From Lachnospiraceae bacterium (GTDB lineage: Bacteria; Bacillota; Clostridia; Lachnospirales; Lachnospiraceae), in contig CAADTP010000046.1 of NCBI GenBank assembly GCA_900751995.1, positions 7,290 to 71,289 on the forward strand: a stretch of DNA of 64,000 nt, written 5' to 3'. This document shows positions 48,795 to 58,225 of the stretch, piece after piece; position 1 is the stretch's first letter, and each line of letters opens with the position of its first letter. The notes beneath the pieces were generated by a model. That model was not told the origin of the DNA. It made no database searches and worked only from the letters and a program-made list of their open reading frames with translations. A program made the translations under genes and the position numbers.

Positions 48795-50255
48795 ATGAAG
48801 AAAAGGATATTATGTCTGACACTGGCGCTCATCATCAGCGGAGCACAGGTAGTCAGCGTAAGCGCAACAAGAGAAGATGAGGCAGCACTTCAGCAGGAGA
48901 TGGATGCGACTAACGAACAGCTGAATGCGACTTATTCCAGATTGGATGAGCTTTCCTCACAGAAGTCACAGATTGAAGGCGAGATTTCAACTCTTGATGC
49001 CAATCTTGTAAACGTGATGGTTTCGATCCAGACACTGGAGGGAGATATCTCCAATAAGGAAGCCGACATTGCATCTACACAGACCAACCTTGAGAAGGCC
49101 CAAAATGCCAAGCAGAAACAGTATGAGGCAATGAAGAAACGTATCCAGTATCTCTATGAGAAGGGTGGAGATGATGCATGGTTCCAGATGATGCTGAATG
49201 CAGAGAACCTGTCTGACCTTCTTACAAGAGCAGAGTACACACAGAAGACTTATGAGCAGGACCGTAAGAGTCTTGAAAAATATTCCAATACGATCCAGCA
49301 GGTGGCAAACCTGGAGGCACAGTACACACAGGAGAAGGCAGAGCTGGAGGGAATGAAGCAGGAATATGAGGCAGAGTCCCAGAACCTGCAGGCACAGCTG
49401 GATGAGAAGCGTGCCACATCCGCAGATTATGATAATGAGATCGCCTACGCACAGCAGCAGGCTACAGATTATGCCAACCTTCTTGCAGAGCAGACTGCAG
49501 AGCTTCAGAGATTAGAGGCTGAGCGTATTGCAGCAGAGGAAGAGGCAAGACGTCAGGCCGAGGCTGAAGCAGCAGCGAGAGCACAGGCTGAGGCAGAAGA
49601 GGAAGCAAGACGCCAGGCAGAGCAGGAAGCACAGCAGGATGAGGCGGACGAGAGCGAAGACGGACAGTACGATGAGGACGGCGACGTGATCGAGAATGCA
49701 GATGAGGATACTGCAGAAGATGACACCGAGGATGTGGATGAAGATGCAGACAATGGTGAGAATGATGATGCGTCCGAGGATACTGAGAATACAGAGGATA
49801 ATGCAGACGCAGATTACGATAACAGCACAGACGCATCTGAAGAAAGTGCAGAGGACACATCTAATGCAGAGGATACATCTTCAGACAGTGACAGTTCTTC
49901 TTACAGTAGCGGTTCAGGATCTTCTGTTGTGAATTATGCTACACAGTTTGTGGGAAATCCTTACGTATGGGGCGGAACAAGCCTTACCAATGGTGCAGAC
50001 TGCTCCGGATTTGTACAGAGTGTCTATGCGAACTTCGGAGTCAGCCTTCCGAGAACCTCCTATGAGCAGCAGAATGCAGGTACAGAAGTATCCTACGCAG
50101 ATGCACAGCCGGGAGATCTGATCTGCTATGGCGGACACGTGGCTATTTACATGGGTAATGGCCAGATCGTTCATGCATCGAACTCTCAGGACGGGATCAA
50201 GATCAGCAATGATGCTACATACAGAACAATTGTATCTGTAAGACGTCTTGTATAA
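48795..50255 (+). CDS. CwlO/PcsB-like coiled-coil plus NlpC/P60 endopeptidase
   Basis: Signal peptide, long coiled coil (KKRIQYLYEKG), acidic linker, GNPYVWGG...DCSGFV...GHVAIY...VHAS. Confidence 0.92.
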   Translation: MKKRILCLTLALIISGAQVVSVSATREDEAALQQEMDATNEQLNATYSRLDELSSQKSQIEGEISTLDANLVNVMVSIQTLEGDISNKEADIASTQTNLEKAQNAKQKQYEAMKKRIQYLYEKGGDDAWFQMMLNAENLSDLLTRAEYTQKTYEQDRKSLEKYSNTIQQVANLEAQYTQEKAELEGMKQEYEAESQNLQAQLDEKRATSADYDNEIAYAQQQATDYANLLAEQTAELQRLEAERIAAEEEARRQAEAEAAARAQAEAEEEARRQAEQEAQQDEADESEDGQYDEDGDVIENADEDTAEDDTEDVDEDADNGENDDASEDTENTEDNADADYDNSTDASEESAEDTSNAEDTSSDSDSSSYSSGSGSSVVNYATQFVGNPYVWGGTSLTNGADCSGFVQSVYANFGVSLPRTSYEQQNAGTEVSYADAQPGDLICYGGHVAIYMGNGQIVHASNSQDGIKISNDATYRTIVSVRRLV

Positions 50256-50461
50256 TAAAAACGTACAACAGAAAATAAAAATACAGCAGCCCGACAGCAG
50301 TTTGTCGGGCTGTTTTTAACGTCGGAAAAAATACTGAAAAACCCATGGAACGGAGTGAACAGCAACAAAATATGCTCAAAAATGTATAAATATTGAAAAC
50401 AGTATTGACATATAATTAACAGGATGTTATTATAATGTCAGTATAATTCCATATTGAACAT

Positions 50462-50644
50462 AGCAAGTGCTGAGGATAGCTGACAGTTATATATTGATTA
50501 TCAGAAGTCCACAGAAAAGGGAATCAGGTGTGAAACCTGAGCGATCCGGTCACTGTAACGGAGGAGCGAATTTCATAGTCCATTGTACGTATGTATGAGA
50601 AGGAGAGAGGAGCCATGATCCCGGAGCCAGGAAACCTGCTTGTT
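50462..50644 (+). ncRNA. Cobalamin riboswitch, second copy
   Basis: AGCAAGTGC...AAAAGGGAATCAGGTGTGAAACCTGAGCGATCCGGTCACTGTAA...CCATTG...GAGAAGG...GAGCCAGGAAACCTGCTTGT. Promoter TTGACA at 50405; terminator TGTCTACTTT...AGAGTAGGCA-T tract at 50711-50743. Confidence 0.92.
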
Positions 50645-50924
50645 ATGGCGAGGTTAAACTTCCGTGTAAAGTGTAACAACCATTTCAGGGACTCCGCACC
50701 CCTGGGACGTTGTCTACTTTTTTACGAGAGTAGGCATTTTTTTATGGAATGCGCCTGTTCATATGAATTATACATGATTAAATGGCAGGCGATACTACTC
50801 CGGATACATTCGTTCCCTCCGCGCACTCATGAACGGATTATATTTCTACCCCGGGGTGGCATCGCTACCTCTTTTTTATAGGAAAAAGTTATGTGTGGTT
50901 ATGTCAGGAGAGGAGAAAAGAGCC

Positions 50925-51212
50925 ATGGAGAAACCATACTGGGAAGGCAAAGAATACTCTTACTTCAGCCACAAAAACTGTGAGTATTTTCCGTGCCATA
51001 AAGGAGCAGATCCGGAGAACTTCAATTGTCTGTTCTGCTATTGTCCTTTATATGCACTGGGAGATAAATGTGGTGGTAATTTCCGCTTTACGGAAAGCGG
51101 GATTAAAGACTGCACCGAATGCAAGCTTCCTCACAGAAGAGAAAATTTCGGATATGTTACAGGTAAATATAGCGAGCTTGCGGAAATTGTACGGAAGCAG
51201 CGGGAAAAATAA
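50925..51212 (+). CDS. Cysteine-rich small-domain (zf-like) protein
   Basis: CEYFPCH...FNCLFCYCPLY...CGG...KDCTECKLPH. Start moved to ATG 50925 (GAGGAG RBS). Confidence 0.85.
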   Translation: MEKPYWEGKEYSYFSHKNCEYFPCHKGADPENFNCLFCYCPLYALGDKCGGNFRFTESGIKDCTECKLPHRRENFGYVTGKYSELAEIVRKQREK

Positions 51213-51213
51213 A

Positions 51214-51272
51214 AAACAGGCCAGTTCAGATACAGGAAAATGTATATTCCTGTGTTTGAACTGGCCTGTTTT
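51214..51272. terminator. Bidirectional terminator between convergent genes
   Basis: AAAACAGGCCAGTTCAGATACAGGAA...TTCCTGTGTTTGAACTGGCCTGTTTT. Confidence 0.8.
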
Positions 51273-51319
51273 GTTTGGAGTGGACAATATCTGTTATCTG
51301 TCGGAAAAGATACAGAAGA

Positions 51320-52036
51320 TCATTCTCTGGTTTGGAGAAAAACCTTGAGTCTGGGAATCTGGTTGTTGAGGATCAGCTGTTCCGGAAACATGGCCTGATG
51401 AACAAACTCAGCAGCACAGGTAAAATCTCCGATATGCTCCGGGCCATGGCTGTCACTGGAAAGAAGCAGCGGCAGATCATATTTGCGGCAGCATCGAAGG
51501 ATCTCGAAACAGTTTTCTCTTGTGTCGCCACGATAGCCATAAGGTGCAAGAGAAGCTTCGTTGATCTCAAAGATCGTGCCGGTTTCCCTGGCAGCCCTTG
51601 CAAGCGCATCATAATTAACCGGGTAATGAGTGTTATCACTATGTCCGAGGATCTTTACACAGGGGTTTTTCATTACATTGATAAAAGCTTCTGTGTTTTC
51701 GGCTCTGGTACCGCAGCGGTAATTCCAGGCATGCATGCTGGCAATGGCGTAATCAAGTTTACATAATAATTCCTGATCTAAATCTACCGTTCCGCTGCGG
51801 TCAAGGATATTCAGTTCAATTCCGTAGAGTAATTCTACACCGAAATGTTTTTTGGGAGAATAGGTAAGGCTGCGGAAATAGGAGGAAGTTCCGGCTGCCA
51901 GAGTGCCGGGACCGTGATCAGTGATTCCGAGAAGCCGGAGACCTTTCTCAGCAGCTGCGCGTGCCATGTTGGTGATGGTACATTCCGTGCCGTGACCACT
52001 GGCGATGGAGTGGGTATGCATATCAGAAAGATACAT
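51320..52036 (-). CDS. PHP-domain phosphatase (YcdX-like)
   Basis: DMHTHS..SGH, ITDHGP, GIELNI, ASMH, LGH, FEINEAS, SSDSH. Confidence 0.9.
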   Translation of the reverse strand: MYLSDMHTHSIASGHGTECTITNMARAAAEKGLRLLGITDHGPGTLAAGTSSYFRSLTYSPKKHFGVELLYGIELNILDRSGTVDLDQELLCKLDYAIASMHAWNYRCGTRAENTEAFINVMKNPCVKILGHSDNTHYPVNYDALARAARETGTIFEINEASLAPYGYRGDTRENCFEILRCCRKYDLPLLLSSDSHGPEHIGDFTCAAEFVHQAMFPEQLILNNQIPRLKVFLQTRE

Positions 52037-52169
52037 AAAAATACACCTCTTTTACTGTTTGAGAACATGTGACAGAGCGGAATACGAATGTCCGCTTTGC
52101 ATAAATTTTTTCTGAAAAACAAAGGAATTCCTATATAAATCCAAGTATGGCAGAGCAGAAAAACAAAGT

Positions 52170-52296
52170 CAATAGAGAAAAACATAAAAATACAAAAAAC
52201 AAATAAAATCAACAGGGCGCAACCGATAAAAACCACAAAAACAGCTATAAACACATGTTGGATTTCGTTGACATCGAAGTAGGGGTAAGGTATAAT
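52170..52296 (+). promoter_or_regulatory. Promoter of the glycyl-radical genes with upstream A/C-rich phased repeats
   Basis: TTGACA (52268)-17 nt-TATAAT (52291); AAAAAC/AAATAC/AAAACC units at roughly 10-bp spacing upstream. Confidence 0.7.
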
Positions 52297-52390
52297 AAAA
52301 CTACATGAGCACATAGCCGGACAGGAGCGGTTCTGGAAGCGTAGAGGCAGACAGATCACCAGAAACAACCGGTTATGAGAAAGGAGAATC

Positions 52391-54916
52391 ATGGAGAAAT
52401 TTCATATAGCAGATGTTCCGAAAACAGACAGGATCACACATCTTGTAGATAATCTTTATGCAAAGATGCCGGTGATCGAATCTGCCAGAGCAAAACTGAT
52501 CACAGAGTCTTACAAAGCAACAGAAGACGAGCCGATCATCACCCGCAGAGCCAAGGCATTTGCCCACATCCTGCACAACATTCCGATCATCATCCGTGAT
52601 GAGGAGCTGATCGTCGGAAGCAGCACTTTGGCGCCGAGAGGATGTCAGACGTTTCCGGAGTATTCTTTCCAGTGGCTGGAAGATGAGCTGGATACAGTGG
52701 CTACCAGAACAGCCGATCCATTTTATATTGCGGAGGAAACCAAGGCGGAGCTCCGTGAGGTACATAAATACTGGAAAGGCAAGACTACCAGTGAGCTTGC
52801 AACCTCCTACATGGCACCGGAAGCGATTCTTGCCATTGACCACAATATTTTTACACCCGGAAACTATTTCTACAATGGTGTAGGACACGTAACCGTTAAA
52901 TATGAAGAAGTTCTGGCGATCGGTTATGAAGGGATCATTGCCAAAGCTCAGAAGGAACTGGATGAGTGTAATGTAGGAGATGGTGATTACGCAAAGAAAT
53001 CCCGTTTCCTGGAAGCAGTTATCATGAGCTGTCAGGCAGTTATCGACTATGCACATCGCTATGCCGAGCTCGCAGAGCAGATGGCATATCAGTGTCAGGA
53101 TCCGACCAGAAAACAGGAACTCCTTCAGATCGCATCCAATTGTACACGCGTACCGGCGAAGGGCGCCCGTAATTTCTATGAGGCGTGCCAGTCCTTCTGG
53201 TTTGTACAGCAGCTGATCCAGATGGAAAGCAGCGGACATTCTATTTCTCCGGGACGTTTTGACCAGTATATGTATCCATATTACAAGAGTGATATGGAAG
53301 CAGGCAATCTTACCAGAGAATTTGCCCAGGAACTGATGGACTGCATATGGGTAAAATTAAACGACCTGAATAAATGCCGTGATGCTGCATCTGCAGAAGG
53401 TTTTGCAGGCTACAGCCTTTTCCAGAACCTGATCGCAGGTGGTCAGAACAAGGATGGCGAGGATGTGACCAATGATCTCTCCTTTATGTGCATCCAGGCG
53501 TCTATGCATGTGCACCTTCCGGCACCGTCTCTTTCTGTAAGAGTATGGAACGGATCACCACATGAATTCCTGATCAAGGCTGCAGAGCTTACAAGAACAG
53601 GAATCGGACTTCCGGCTTATTACAATGATGAGGTTATCATTCCTGCACTGCAGAACCGCGGCCTTTCTCTTGCAGATGCCAGAGAATATAACATCATCGG
53701 CTGTGTAGAACCGCAGAAGGCAGGTAAGACAGAGGGCTGGCATGACGCTGCGTTCTTTAACATGTGCCGTCCGCTGGAGATGGTTTTCTCTAATGGTATG
53801 GACAAAGGGGTACAGATCAGTGTCCAGACCGGCGATGTCACAGAGATGAAGAGCTTCGATGAGTTCTATGATGCATATAAGAAACAGATGGAATATTTCA
53901 TTTCCCTGCTTGTAAATGCTGATAATGCCATTGATGTGGCACATGCGGAGAGATGTCCGCTTCCATTCCTTTCCTGTATGGTGGATGACTGCCTGAAACG
54001 GGGCAAATCCGTTCAGGAAGGCGGAGCTGTTTATAACTTTACAGGTCCTCAGGGATTTGGTATTGCAAACATGGCAGATTCTCTGTATGCGATCCGCAAG
54101 CTTGTATATGAAGAAAAGAAGATGACCATGGAAGAGCTGAAGGAGGCTCTGGCATGGAACTATGGCAAGGGTATCGATGCACAGTCTGCAGCAGATATCA
54201 CCACCATCGTTATGCAGAAGCTTCAGGAGAATGGCATCAGCGTAAATGAGCAGACCGCAACAGCTGTTATGACAGCAGCTCTCGGAACAGAGCCATCTCC
54301 GGAGAAAAAGGCAAGATTCGAAGAGATCCACAAGATGATCGAGGAGGTTCCGAAGTTTGGAAATGATATCCCGGATGTGGACTACTTTGCAAGGGATGTG
54401 GCTTATACTTACACAAGACCGCTTCAGAAATATATGAACCCAAGAGGCGGACATTATCAGGCAGGACTTTATCCTGTATCTGCAAACGTTCCGCTTGGCG
54501 GACAGACCGGTGCAACACCGGATGGCCGTTACGCACATACTCCGGTAGCAGATGGCGTTTCCCCGTCAGCCGGCAAGGATGTGAAGGGACCGACAGCTGC
54601 GGCAACTTCTGTATCCCGCCTGGATCATTTTATCGTATCCAACGGAACACTGTTTAATCAGAAATTCCATCCGTCAGCACTTGCAGGAAGAGAAGGACTG
54701 GAGAAATTCGTAGCACTGATCCGCGGATATTTTGATCAGAAGGGTATGCATATGCAGTTTAACGTTGTTGACAGAGAAACACTTCTGGATGCACAGAAGC
54801 ATCCGGAGAAGTACAAACATCTGGTTGTACGTGTTGCAGGCTACAGCGCATTGTTCACTACACTTTCCAGATCTCTGCAGGACGATATCATCAGACGTAC
54901 TGAGCAGGGCTTCTAA
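52391..54916 (+). CDS. Glycyl-radical enzyme, B12-independent 1,2-propanediol dehydratase type
   Basis: SSGHSISPGRFDQY, FAGYSLFQNL, GCVEP (thiyl Cys), RVAGYS (glycyl radical); context of fuculose aldolase and BMC shell genes. Confidence 0.9.
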   Translation: MEKFHIADVPKTDRITHLVDNLYAKMPVIESARAKLITESYKATEDEPIITRRAKAFAHILHNIPIIIRDEELIVGSSTLAPRGCQTFPEYSFQWLEDELDTVATRTADPFYIAEETKAELREVHKYWKGKTTSELATSYMAPEAILAIDHNIFTPGNYFYNGVGHVTVKYEEVLAIGYEGIIAKAQKELDECNVGDGDYAKKSRFLEAVIMSCQAVIDYAHRYAELAEQMAYQCQDPTRKQELLQIASNCTRVPAKGARNFYEACQSFWFVQQLIQMESSGHSISPGRFDQYMYPYYKSDMEAGNLTREFAQELMDCIWVKLNDLNKCRDAASAEGFAGYSLFQNLIAGGQNKDGEDVTNDLSFMCIQASMHVHLPAPSLSVRVWNGSPHEFLIKAAELTRTGIGLPAYYNDEVIIPALQNRGLSLADAREYNIIGCVEPQKAGKTEGWHDAAFFNMCRPLEMVFSNGMDKGVQISVQTGDVTEMKSFDEFYDAYKKQMEYFISLLVNADNAIDVAHAERCPLPFLSCMVDDCLKRGKSVQEGGAVYNFTGPQGFGIANMADSLYAIRKLVYEEKKMTMEELKEALAWNYGKGIDAQSAADITTIVMQKLQENGISVNEQTATAVMTAALGTEPSPEKKARFEEIHKMIEEVPKFGNDIPDVDYFARDVAYTYTRPLQKYMNPRGGHYQAGLYPVSANVPLGGQTGATPDGRYAHTPVADGVSPSAGKDVKGPTAAATSVSRLDHFIVSNGTLFNQKFHPSALAGREGLEKFVALIRGYFDQKGMHMQFNVVDRETLLDAQKHPEKYKHLVVRVAGYSALFTTLSRSLQDDIIRRTEQGF

Positions 54917-54927
54917 AGGAGTAACGA

Positions 54928-55719
54928 ATGGACTATTTGGATACAAAGGGCAGGATCTTTGATGTTCAGAAATATTCAGTACACGATGGACCGGGTATCC
55001 GTACCATCGTGTTCCTGAAGGGCTGCGTTCTTCGCTGCCGCTGGTGCTGTAATCCGGAATCACAGGAATACCGGATCCAGAACATGAAGGTTCTGGGAGA
55101 AGATAAAGTGATCGGCCGCGACGTGACAGTTCGTGAGATGATCGAAGAGGTGGAAAAAGACCGTGCCTATTATTACCGTTCCGGAGGCGGGATCACCCTT
55201 TCCGGGGGGGAATGTATGTGCCAGGCGGACTTTTCCAGAGATCTTCTTCGCGCGGCAAAGGAGAGAGGAATCAACACAGCGGTAGAAAGTATGGCCTGTG
55301 CCCCATGGGAAAAGATTGAACAGGTACTTCCCTATCTGGATGTATATCTGATGGATATCAAGCATATGGATCAGGAAAAACATAAAGAATTTACAGGACG
55401 GGCCAACGGACTGATGCTGGAGAATGCAAGAAGGGTTGCGCTCTACGGAAAAACCAGACTGGTGATCCGCGTTCCGGTGATCCCCACATTTAATGATTCT
55501 GTGGAAGAGATCCAGGCGATCGCAAGATTTGCAGCATCCCTTCCGGGCGTAAACAAGATCCATCTTCTTCCGTACCACAGACTGGGGCAGGATAAATATG
55601 AAGGACTTGGCAGACCCTATTTAATGGAAGGAATCCTTCCGCCTACAGCAGAACATATGCAGATGTTAAAGAATGCAGTGCATGCGGTATGCAGCCTGGA
55701 CTGCCAGATCGGCGGCTGA
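54928..55719 (+). CDS. Glycyl-radical activating enzyme (radical SAM), no ferredoxin insert
   Basis: HDGPGIRT.VFLKGC.LRC.WCCNPESQ, GGITLSGGE, DIKHMD, LLPYH. Confidence 0.95.
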   Translation: MDYLDTKGRIFDVQKYSVHDGPGIRTIVFLKGCVLRCRWCCNPESQEYRIQNMKVLGEDKVIGRDVTVREMIEEVEKDRAYYYRSGGGITLSGGECMCQADFSRDLLRAAKERGINTAVESMACAPWEKIEQVLPYLDVYLMDIKHMDQEKHKEFTGRANGLMLENARRVALYGKTRLVIRVPVIPTFNDSVEEIQAIARFAASLPGVNKIHLLPYHRLGQDKYEGLGRPYLMEGILPPTAEHMQMLKNAVHAVCSLDCQIGG

Positions 55720-55749
55720 GAGATACAGGATTACAGAAAAAAGATCCTT

Positions 55750-55855
55750 TACAAACAGAAAATATAAAAAACAATAAAAACAACACAAAATACAACAAGA
55801 AACCAACATAAAACAACGGATTGTCCTTGACTTATTTTGTGGTATGGGGTAAAAT
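55750..55855 (+). promoter_or_regulatory. Internal promoter of the BMC genes with upstream A/C-rich phased repeats
   Basis: TTGACT (55827)-17 nt-TAAAAT (55850); AAAACAA-like units at 10-11-bp spacing. Confidence 0.65.
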
Positions 55856-55905
55856 GTTCTCAGAAACAAAATAGTGCAATCCAATGCTCAAGGAGGAAAT
55901 TAAGC

Positions 55906-56787
55906 ATGGTAAACGAGTTTGAAATCAAAAAACAGCTTTGTGACATCGGTAAGAGAATCTACAACCGTAACATGGTTGCAGCTAACGACGGAAACTTTTC
56001 TGTTAAGATAGCTGAGAATGAATATCTTTGCACACCAACTGGTGTATCCAAAGGATTCATGACACCAGAGTTCATCTGTAAAGTAGATGGCAAGGGTAAT
56101 GTGATCCAGGCTAACCCGGGATTCAAACCATCATCTGAGATCAAGATGCATATGAGAGTATATGAGAAGAGACCGGACGTAGGATCTGTTGTACATGCTC
56201 ATCCAATCTATGCTACATCTTTCGCAATCGCAGGTATCCCGCTTACACAGCCGATCATGCCTGAGGCAGTTATCGCTCTTGGATGTGTTCCGATCGCTGA
56301 GTACGGCACACCTTCCACAATGGAGATTCCGGACAACCTTGAGAAATACCTTCCATACTTCGATGCAGTACTTCTTGAGAACCACGGAGCACTTACATGG
56401 AGCACAGACCTTAACGCTGCATATATGAAGATGGAGTCTGTAGAGTTCTATGCACAGCTTCTGTATCAGACCAAGCTCCTTGGCGGACCGAAGGAATTTG
56501 ACAAAGAGAACATCGAGAAGCTCTATGCGATCCGTCGTAAATTCGGTATGCCTGGAAAACATCCGGCAAGCCTCTGCCTGAACAAAGACGGCAAGAACTG
56601 CCACAACTGCGGCGGTGCATGCCACAGCGAGGACTACAAACAGTTCCCAGGATATCAGTATGATTTCGTTGGAAAAGACTGTGATTGTGATAAAGATGCA
56701 GCTCCTGCAGCAGATACAGCAAAGAATGACGCAGAGCTTGTTGCTCAGATCACAAAACAGGTTATGGCTCAGCTTGGCCTGAAATAA
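55906..56787 (+). CDS. fucA: Class II aldolase (L-fuculose/rhamnulose-phosphate aldolase) with C-terminal encapsulation peptide
   Basis: DGNFS, TPTG, PSSEIKMH, VHAHP, LLENHG; tail AELVAQITKQVMAQL. Start moved to ATG 55906. Confidence 0.85.
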   Translation: MVNEFEIKKQLCDIGKRIYNRNMVAANDGNFSVKIAENEYLCTPTGVSKGFMTPEFICKVDGKGNVIQANPGFKPSSEIKMHMRVYEKRPDVGSVVHAHPIYATSFAIAGIPLTQPIMPEAVIALGCVPIAEYGTPSTMEIPDNLEKYLPYFDAVLLENHGALTWSTDLNAAYMKMESVEFYAQLLYQTKLLGGPKEFDKENIEKLYAIRRKFGMPGKHPASLCLNKDGKNCHNCGGACHSEDYKQFPGYQYDFVGKDCDCDKDAAPAADTAKNDAELVAQITKQVMAQLGLK

Positions 56788-56818
56788 TTTTTTGACGGAA
56801 TATTAAGGAGGACATCTC

Positions 56819-58207
56819 ATGCCAATAAGTGAGAATATGGTACAGGAAATTGTACAGGAAGTTATGGCAAAAATGCAGATCGCAGATGCTCCGGCCGGAA
56901 AACATGGCGTTTTCAAGGATATGAATGATGCTATCGAAGCAGCCAAGAAGGCTCAGTTGGTAGTTAAGACAATGTCTATGGACCAGAGAGAAAAGATCAT
57001 CACCTGCATCCGCAAGAAGATCAAAGAAAATGCGGAAGTACTGGCACGTATGGGTGTTGAGGAAACTGGTATGGGTAATGTAGGAGATAAGATCCTGAAG
57101 CATCACCTGGTAGCAGACAAGACACCTGGAACAGAAGACATTACAACAACTGCATGGTCCGGAGACAGAGGACTGACTCTGATCGAGATGGGACCGTTTG
57201 GTGTTATCGGCGCGATCACACCATGTACTAACCCGAGTGAAACAGTTCTCTGCAACACAATGGGTATGCTGGCAGGCGGAAATACAGTAGTATTCAACCC
57301 ACATCCGGCAGCAGTTAAAACTTCTATTTACGCAATCAATCTTTTAAATGAGGCTTCCCTGGAATCAGGCGGCCCGGATAATATCGCTGTCACAGTTGAG
57401 AAACCAACACTTGAGACCAGCAATATTATGATGAAACATAAAGATATCCATCTGATCGCAGCAACAGGCGGCCCTGGTGTTGTAACAGCAGTTCTTTCCT
57501 CCGGTAAGAGAGGAATCGGTGCAGGAGCAGGTAACCCACCGGCACTGGTTGATGATACTGCTGATATCCGTAAGGCAGCTCAGGATATCGTAAACGGATG
57601 TACATTCGATAACAATCTTCCATGTATCGCTGAGAAGGAAGTTGTTGCAGTATCTTCCGTAGTTGATGAGTTAATGCACTACATGATCACAGAGAATGAC
57701 TGCTATCTTGCATCCAAGGAAGAGCAGGACAAACTTGTTGAGACTGTACTTGCAGGTGGCAAGCTGAACCGTAAATGTGTAGGACGTGACGCGAAGACAC
57801 TTCTTTCCATGATCGGAGTTCAGGCACCGGCAAATACCCGCTGCATTATCTTCGAAGGACCGAAGGAACATCCGCTCATCACAACAGAGCTTATGATGCC
57901 AATCCTCGGAATCGTAAGAGCTAAGGATTTTGACGATGCTGTAGAGCAGGCTGTATGGCTTGAGCATGGCAACCGTCATTCCGCACATATTCATTCCAAG
58001 AATATTGATAACATTACAAAATATGCGAAAGCAATTGATACCGCAATCCTTGTAAAGAACGGCCCGTCCTATTCCGCACTTGGATTTGGCGGAGAAGGTT
58101 TCTGTACATTCACCATTGCAAGCCGTACCGGTGAGGGACTTACAAGCGCAAGCACATTCACAAAGAGAAGACGCTGCGTAATGACAGACAGCCTTTGCAT
58201 TCGTTAA
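56819..58207 (+). CDS. pduP: CoA-acylating propionaldehyde dehydrogenase (PduP/EutE family)
   Basis: N-terminal peptide VQEIVQEVMAKM, PCTNP, ATGGPGVV, GAGAGNPP, FDNNLPCIAEK, ELMMP, TGEG. Confidence 0.9.
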   Translation: MPISENMVQEIVQEVMAKMQIADAPAGKHGVFKDMNDAIEAAKKAQLVVKTMSMDQREKIITCIRKKIKENAEVLARMGVEETGMGNVGDKILKHHLVADKTPGTEDITTTAWSGDRGLTLIEMGPFGVIGAITPCTNPSETVLCNTMGMLAGGNTVVFNPHPAAVKTSIYAINLLNEASLESGGPDNIAVTVEKPTLETSNIMMKHKDIHLIAATGGPGVVTAVLSSGKRGIGAGAGNPPALVDDTADIRKAAQDIVNGCTFDNNLPCIAEKEVVAVSSVVDELMHYMITENDCYLASKEEQDKLVETVLAGGKLNRKCVGRDAKTLLSMIGVQAPANTRCIIFEGPKEHPLITTELMMPILGIVRAKDFDDAVEQAVWLEHGNRHSAHIHSKNIDNITKYAKAIDTAILVKNGPSYSALGFGGEGFCTFTIASRTGEGLTSASTFTKRRRCVMTDSLCIR

Positions 58208-58225
58208 TCAGGAGGAACAGAAACA

